Of a stretch of DNA of 64,000 nucleotides, positions 60,501 to 64,000 are shown in pieces (positions within the stretch are counted from its first letter, which is position 1; every line of letters starts with the position of its first letter). This DNA is from Camelus dromedarius (taxonomy: Eukaryota), in assembly GCF_036321535.1 (NCBI RefSeq), contig NC_087437.1:11968001-12032000 (forward strand), written 5' to 3'. The notes under the pieces were generated by a model that saw nothing but the letters and a program-made list of their open reading frames with translations, searched no databases and was not told the DNA's origin. Made by a program: the position numbers and the translations under genes.

Positions 60501-61846
60501 TTTGTACCCCATCCTCTGCTACTTGCCTGCCCTTTTCTCCGTAGAACTATTAGGCACTCATTTATACATTTATTCCTTCAACAAATATCTGTGGAGCCCC
60601 TACTGTATTCTGCCACAATGCATGTTTCTGTAATATGTATTAGCACCTACGATTGGTAAATAGGAGAGCTATGTCAAAACATGGCAGTCATGTTGGTTTT
60701 CCCAGCACGTTAAACTTTAGTGTGTTAAACACAGCTGCATGCAGCAAGCTATGAGGGAATAGAGCCCATTTATACATTCTTCCTGACTCAGCGGGGCTAT
60801 GTGTCCTGTCTTGGAAGCATTTATTATTCTAGTCTTCATCTTTTTGCATTTGTACCTTGTTTCCAAGACTCAGTTTTAACCTCCTCTTAACCTACATCCA
60901 GCTAGCTATGCCCACCTTTTTTGTTTGTTTGCTTATAAGTTAAAGTTCTTCTAGATACTATAGTTTTATTTACTAGGCATTCATGCCTTTTAACTGTGAC
61001 AATATTTTTATTACGTTTGTTATTTTTGTTTGTACTCTGATCACAAGGTACATACATTTATGATGGTCTGCCTTGACCTATTTTTGTTCTGTCGCCTCTG
61101 ATTTTTATGTGTAATTTTGTAGGGCATAAGGACTTTAATAATGTATATATATTGCCATGTTTGCCTAAATGCCTGTACTTGCTGAGTAACTAATGAATAT
61201 GCATGTGTGTATATGTGTCTGTGTGTGTATGTATTCTCCACAAAGTGCCTAACTTCAATCTATCTTTCCCTGAAATATTTATGTCTCAGAAGTAAAAAAA
61301 GAATGTCAGCTTGCAATTATTCTAGCCAGGGATTATGGAGAAGCTACCATGTGCCTGGTACTTGAACATATTTAATTCTCACAGCAGATGTAAATCAGGG
61401 TTTTCCTAACTCCATTTTTGGCAAAGAATTTGAACCTCAGGGCAGTCTGACCCTGTAACACTTCCTGGTTTCCTTCTTCATCTTGTTTTCATTTTTTTTA
61501 AAGCTGAATATTGAATTTCTTATTTTAAATATTGTTTTAACTGAGCCTAGAGACTGGGGAGGAGGATGCTGGCAAAAAAGCCAAATTATTTGCCTTTCTA
61601 TCTTGTTTTGAAAGACTCTCAAGTAAGCTTTAGAAGTCCCCCCTTCAGGTTCCGTCCCTCAACATTAATATCTCACTCTTTTTACCCCAAACTGTCTAAT
61701 AATGAAAATCCTTAGTAAAAACTCATTCACAGATAAACACAAGAATAACCAGATGATATGTAGTGATAAATATAAAATAGAGAGTAAATGTAAAACGCTT
61801 TGCAGTTCTTCAGGACCCAAGGGTATCTGTGCTTACTAAGGGGAGC

Positions 61847-62264
61847 TGTGTTACTTAGAATAATGCCAGCTGCTCTAACAGATACAGCTCGGACTCCCTC
61901 ATATCTCAGAGGCTTGTTGTAAGAAAGGTTTATTTGTCACTCACCTAACAGTCTACCTTAGTGCTCCTGATCCATCAGCTCTTCTCAAGCTTCAATTTAG
62001 AACCTCCATTTCCTTCCATTTTGTAACCTCCCAATTTTCAGTGTAAGGGTCTCAGACTGCCCTGGGGGTCATGTCCATTATCACGGAAAAGACTGGAGAG
62101 TTACAAAGGAAGGATTTTATGTGCAGACCCCCCAAAACAGCTGGTCCATTACACTGGCCGGAACTCAGTCATCCGGCTACTTTTAACCACAAGGAACAGA
62201 GTCTAACTGTGTCCAAAAGCAAAAGGAACTCCATTTTGTGAAAAGCGAGCCAGTTTCTGCCACA
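61847..62264 (-). mobile_element. MaLR LTR, MLT1I/J-like
   Basis: TG...CA ends ('tgtgttac' ... 'gccagtttctgccaca'), 'ggtttattt', 'ctggccggaactcagtca'. Confidence 0.7.
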
Positions 62265-63564
62265 GGGTCGACATAAGTTCTTTAACGGCTCAAGTTTTAC
62301 GTCTGAAACTATTGCTTCTAGCAGAATAAATTTCTCTCCGGCAAGCTGTGATAAATGTTATGACTTTATATTTTATTTTATAGCACCCCCGCTCCATTCC
62401 TCCTAAATTGCCTTATTGCCTTTTATTATGGGCGCTAATGATGAATTAAGTTAGACTGCTTAATAATTAAAAGTATCTCTAGGATAAAACCATATTTTCT
62501 CTCTGAGGAAATTTATTTGGCTTTGTTCACAGCTGCAATATACTGTGCAAGAGAATTAGAATTCTTAGGAAATGAATGAGCAGATCTCTCCGTAGGTGAC
62601 ATGGATGGGACTGTTCAGCTTGTTTGATTGTAAAAGAGAAGAATTCGTACAAAATATAAAGAGGAAATTTTCCCCAAAATAACACAGAAAGGAGTGTTAC
62701 AAATCTCTTGGAATTACTTTGGGAACGTTAACCCTGGAAGGAGCTGATATGACCGAAAGAAAACTCTAGAAACAACCAATTTCTGATGCATATATGGAGA
62801 CAGATTGCTAGGAAGAATAGTCCCATAGATTGGGGTCAAGCATAAGTGCTACCTAATGTCAAGGAAGGAGCTACCCCAAAAGAGTTTATTTTTTTGTTTT
62901 TTCTGTAAAGCTGTATCATCTTAACACTGTAAAAATTTGCAAAAATCTTGGATCCTATGCTTTATGGATGGGAGCAGAGGATCTATGAATGTACCAAATG
63001 AGGGTTAAAAATGTATGTCTTTGGGCTGCATTTTCCCAAGAGAGTCCATAGCTTTCGTTGCATTGTCAAAGAATCTTGTGATAACCCCCTGAAAGGCTTA
63101 GAACGTGCTGAAAGAAGACTTGAATCTTAGGTTTGCTGAAACACAGAGCATGTTGGCATCAGACACCAGCATTCAAAGCCATCTTCCACTGTCTATGTTG
63201 TCTTCAGTAGGGTAGGGAATCTCCTAGTCCTCCATCTGTTCCCCTGTAAAGGGAGGATTCATGCACCAATTTCTTGATATTGCTATGAAGAGTAAATTAA
63301 TAATACACATAATATACTTGATATGGTACCCAATACACAGTAAAATCTCAACAAGTGGTAGTTAATATTTGGTGTCTTTAAAAATATTTTTCAGGAAATA
63401 AGATGAATTAGGGTTATTATGGGTGGCCCTAGAGGGAGGGTGGAAATGGAGTTATAGGAAGACACAGTTCAACTTAACATAGAGAATTCTGTAACAATTA
63501 TAGAAATGGATAAAAATAGAACCAGAGTACAGAGCAAAGAGCTCCATCACTGAGAGTATTTAAT

Positions 63565-64000
63565 TCTTCTTTTTTAATTGAAGTAGTCAGTTACAATGTA
63601 TCAATTTCTGATATACAGCACAATGTCCCAATCATGCATATACATACCTATATTCATTTTCATATTCTTTTTCATTAAAGGTTATTACAAGATATTGAAC
63701 ATAGTTCCCAGTGCTATACAGAAGAAACTTTTTTAAAATCTGTTTTTATATATAGTGTCTAACATTTGCAAATCTCAAATTCCCAAATTTATCCCTTCCC
63801 ATCCCCTTTCCCCGGTAACTGTAAGATTGTTTACTATGTCTGCGAGTCTGTTTCTGTTTTGTAGATGAATTCAGTAGTGTCCATTTTTTCCTGATTCCGC
63901 ATAAGAGTGGAATTTTGTATTGTATCATATGGTATTTGTATCATATGATATTTTTCTTTCTCTTTCTTACTTATTTCACTTAGAATGACAATCTCTAGAT
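63565..64000 (-). mobile_element. L1 3' end (camelid-type), runs off the window
   Basis: Close reverse-complement match to 51900-52310 and direct match to 57610-58000. Confidence 0.92.

Noticed and set aside
1..64000. CRISPR array, operon or prokaryotic defence system
   Set aside because: The sequence is clearly mammalian, with no regularly spaced repeat-spacer array or gene-dense region.

Overview
This is mammalian non-coding DNA (intron or gene desert), most likely from a camelid. The evidence is four tRNA-Ala-derived SINEs of the Vic-1 type plus several cetartiodactyl-type L1 3' ends. I find no protein-coding gene, RNA gene or CRISPR array. The ORF track consists of chance frames and transposon debris. 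The window is a mosaic of L1, L2, MIR, MaLR/ERV LTRs and hAT/Tigger DNA transposons, with a few apparently repeat-free blocks that could be enhancers. The most notable structures are (i) a ~670-bp imperfect palindrome of two back-to-back LTR 3' halves (8111-8782), next to a second LTR and a CpG-rich segment ending in a consensus splice donor; (ii) a spacer-less L1 3'-end palindrome (24074-24410); (iii) a probable internally deleted provirus with a 6-bp target-site duplication inside an old L1 (16354-17076); (iv) a 37-bp locally copied segment. I cannot support a novel multi-gene system here. Repeat family names come from recalled consensus sequences, identities were estimated by eye, and boundaries of old repeats are approximate.
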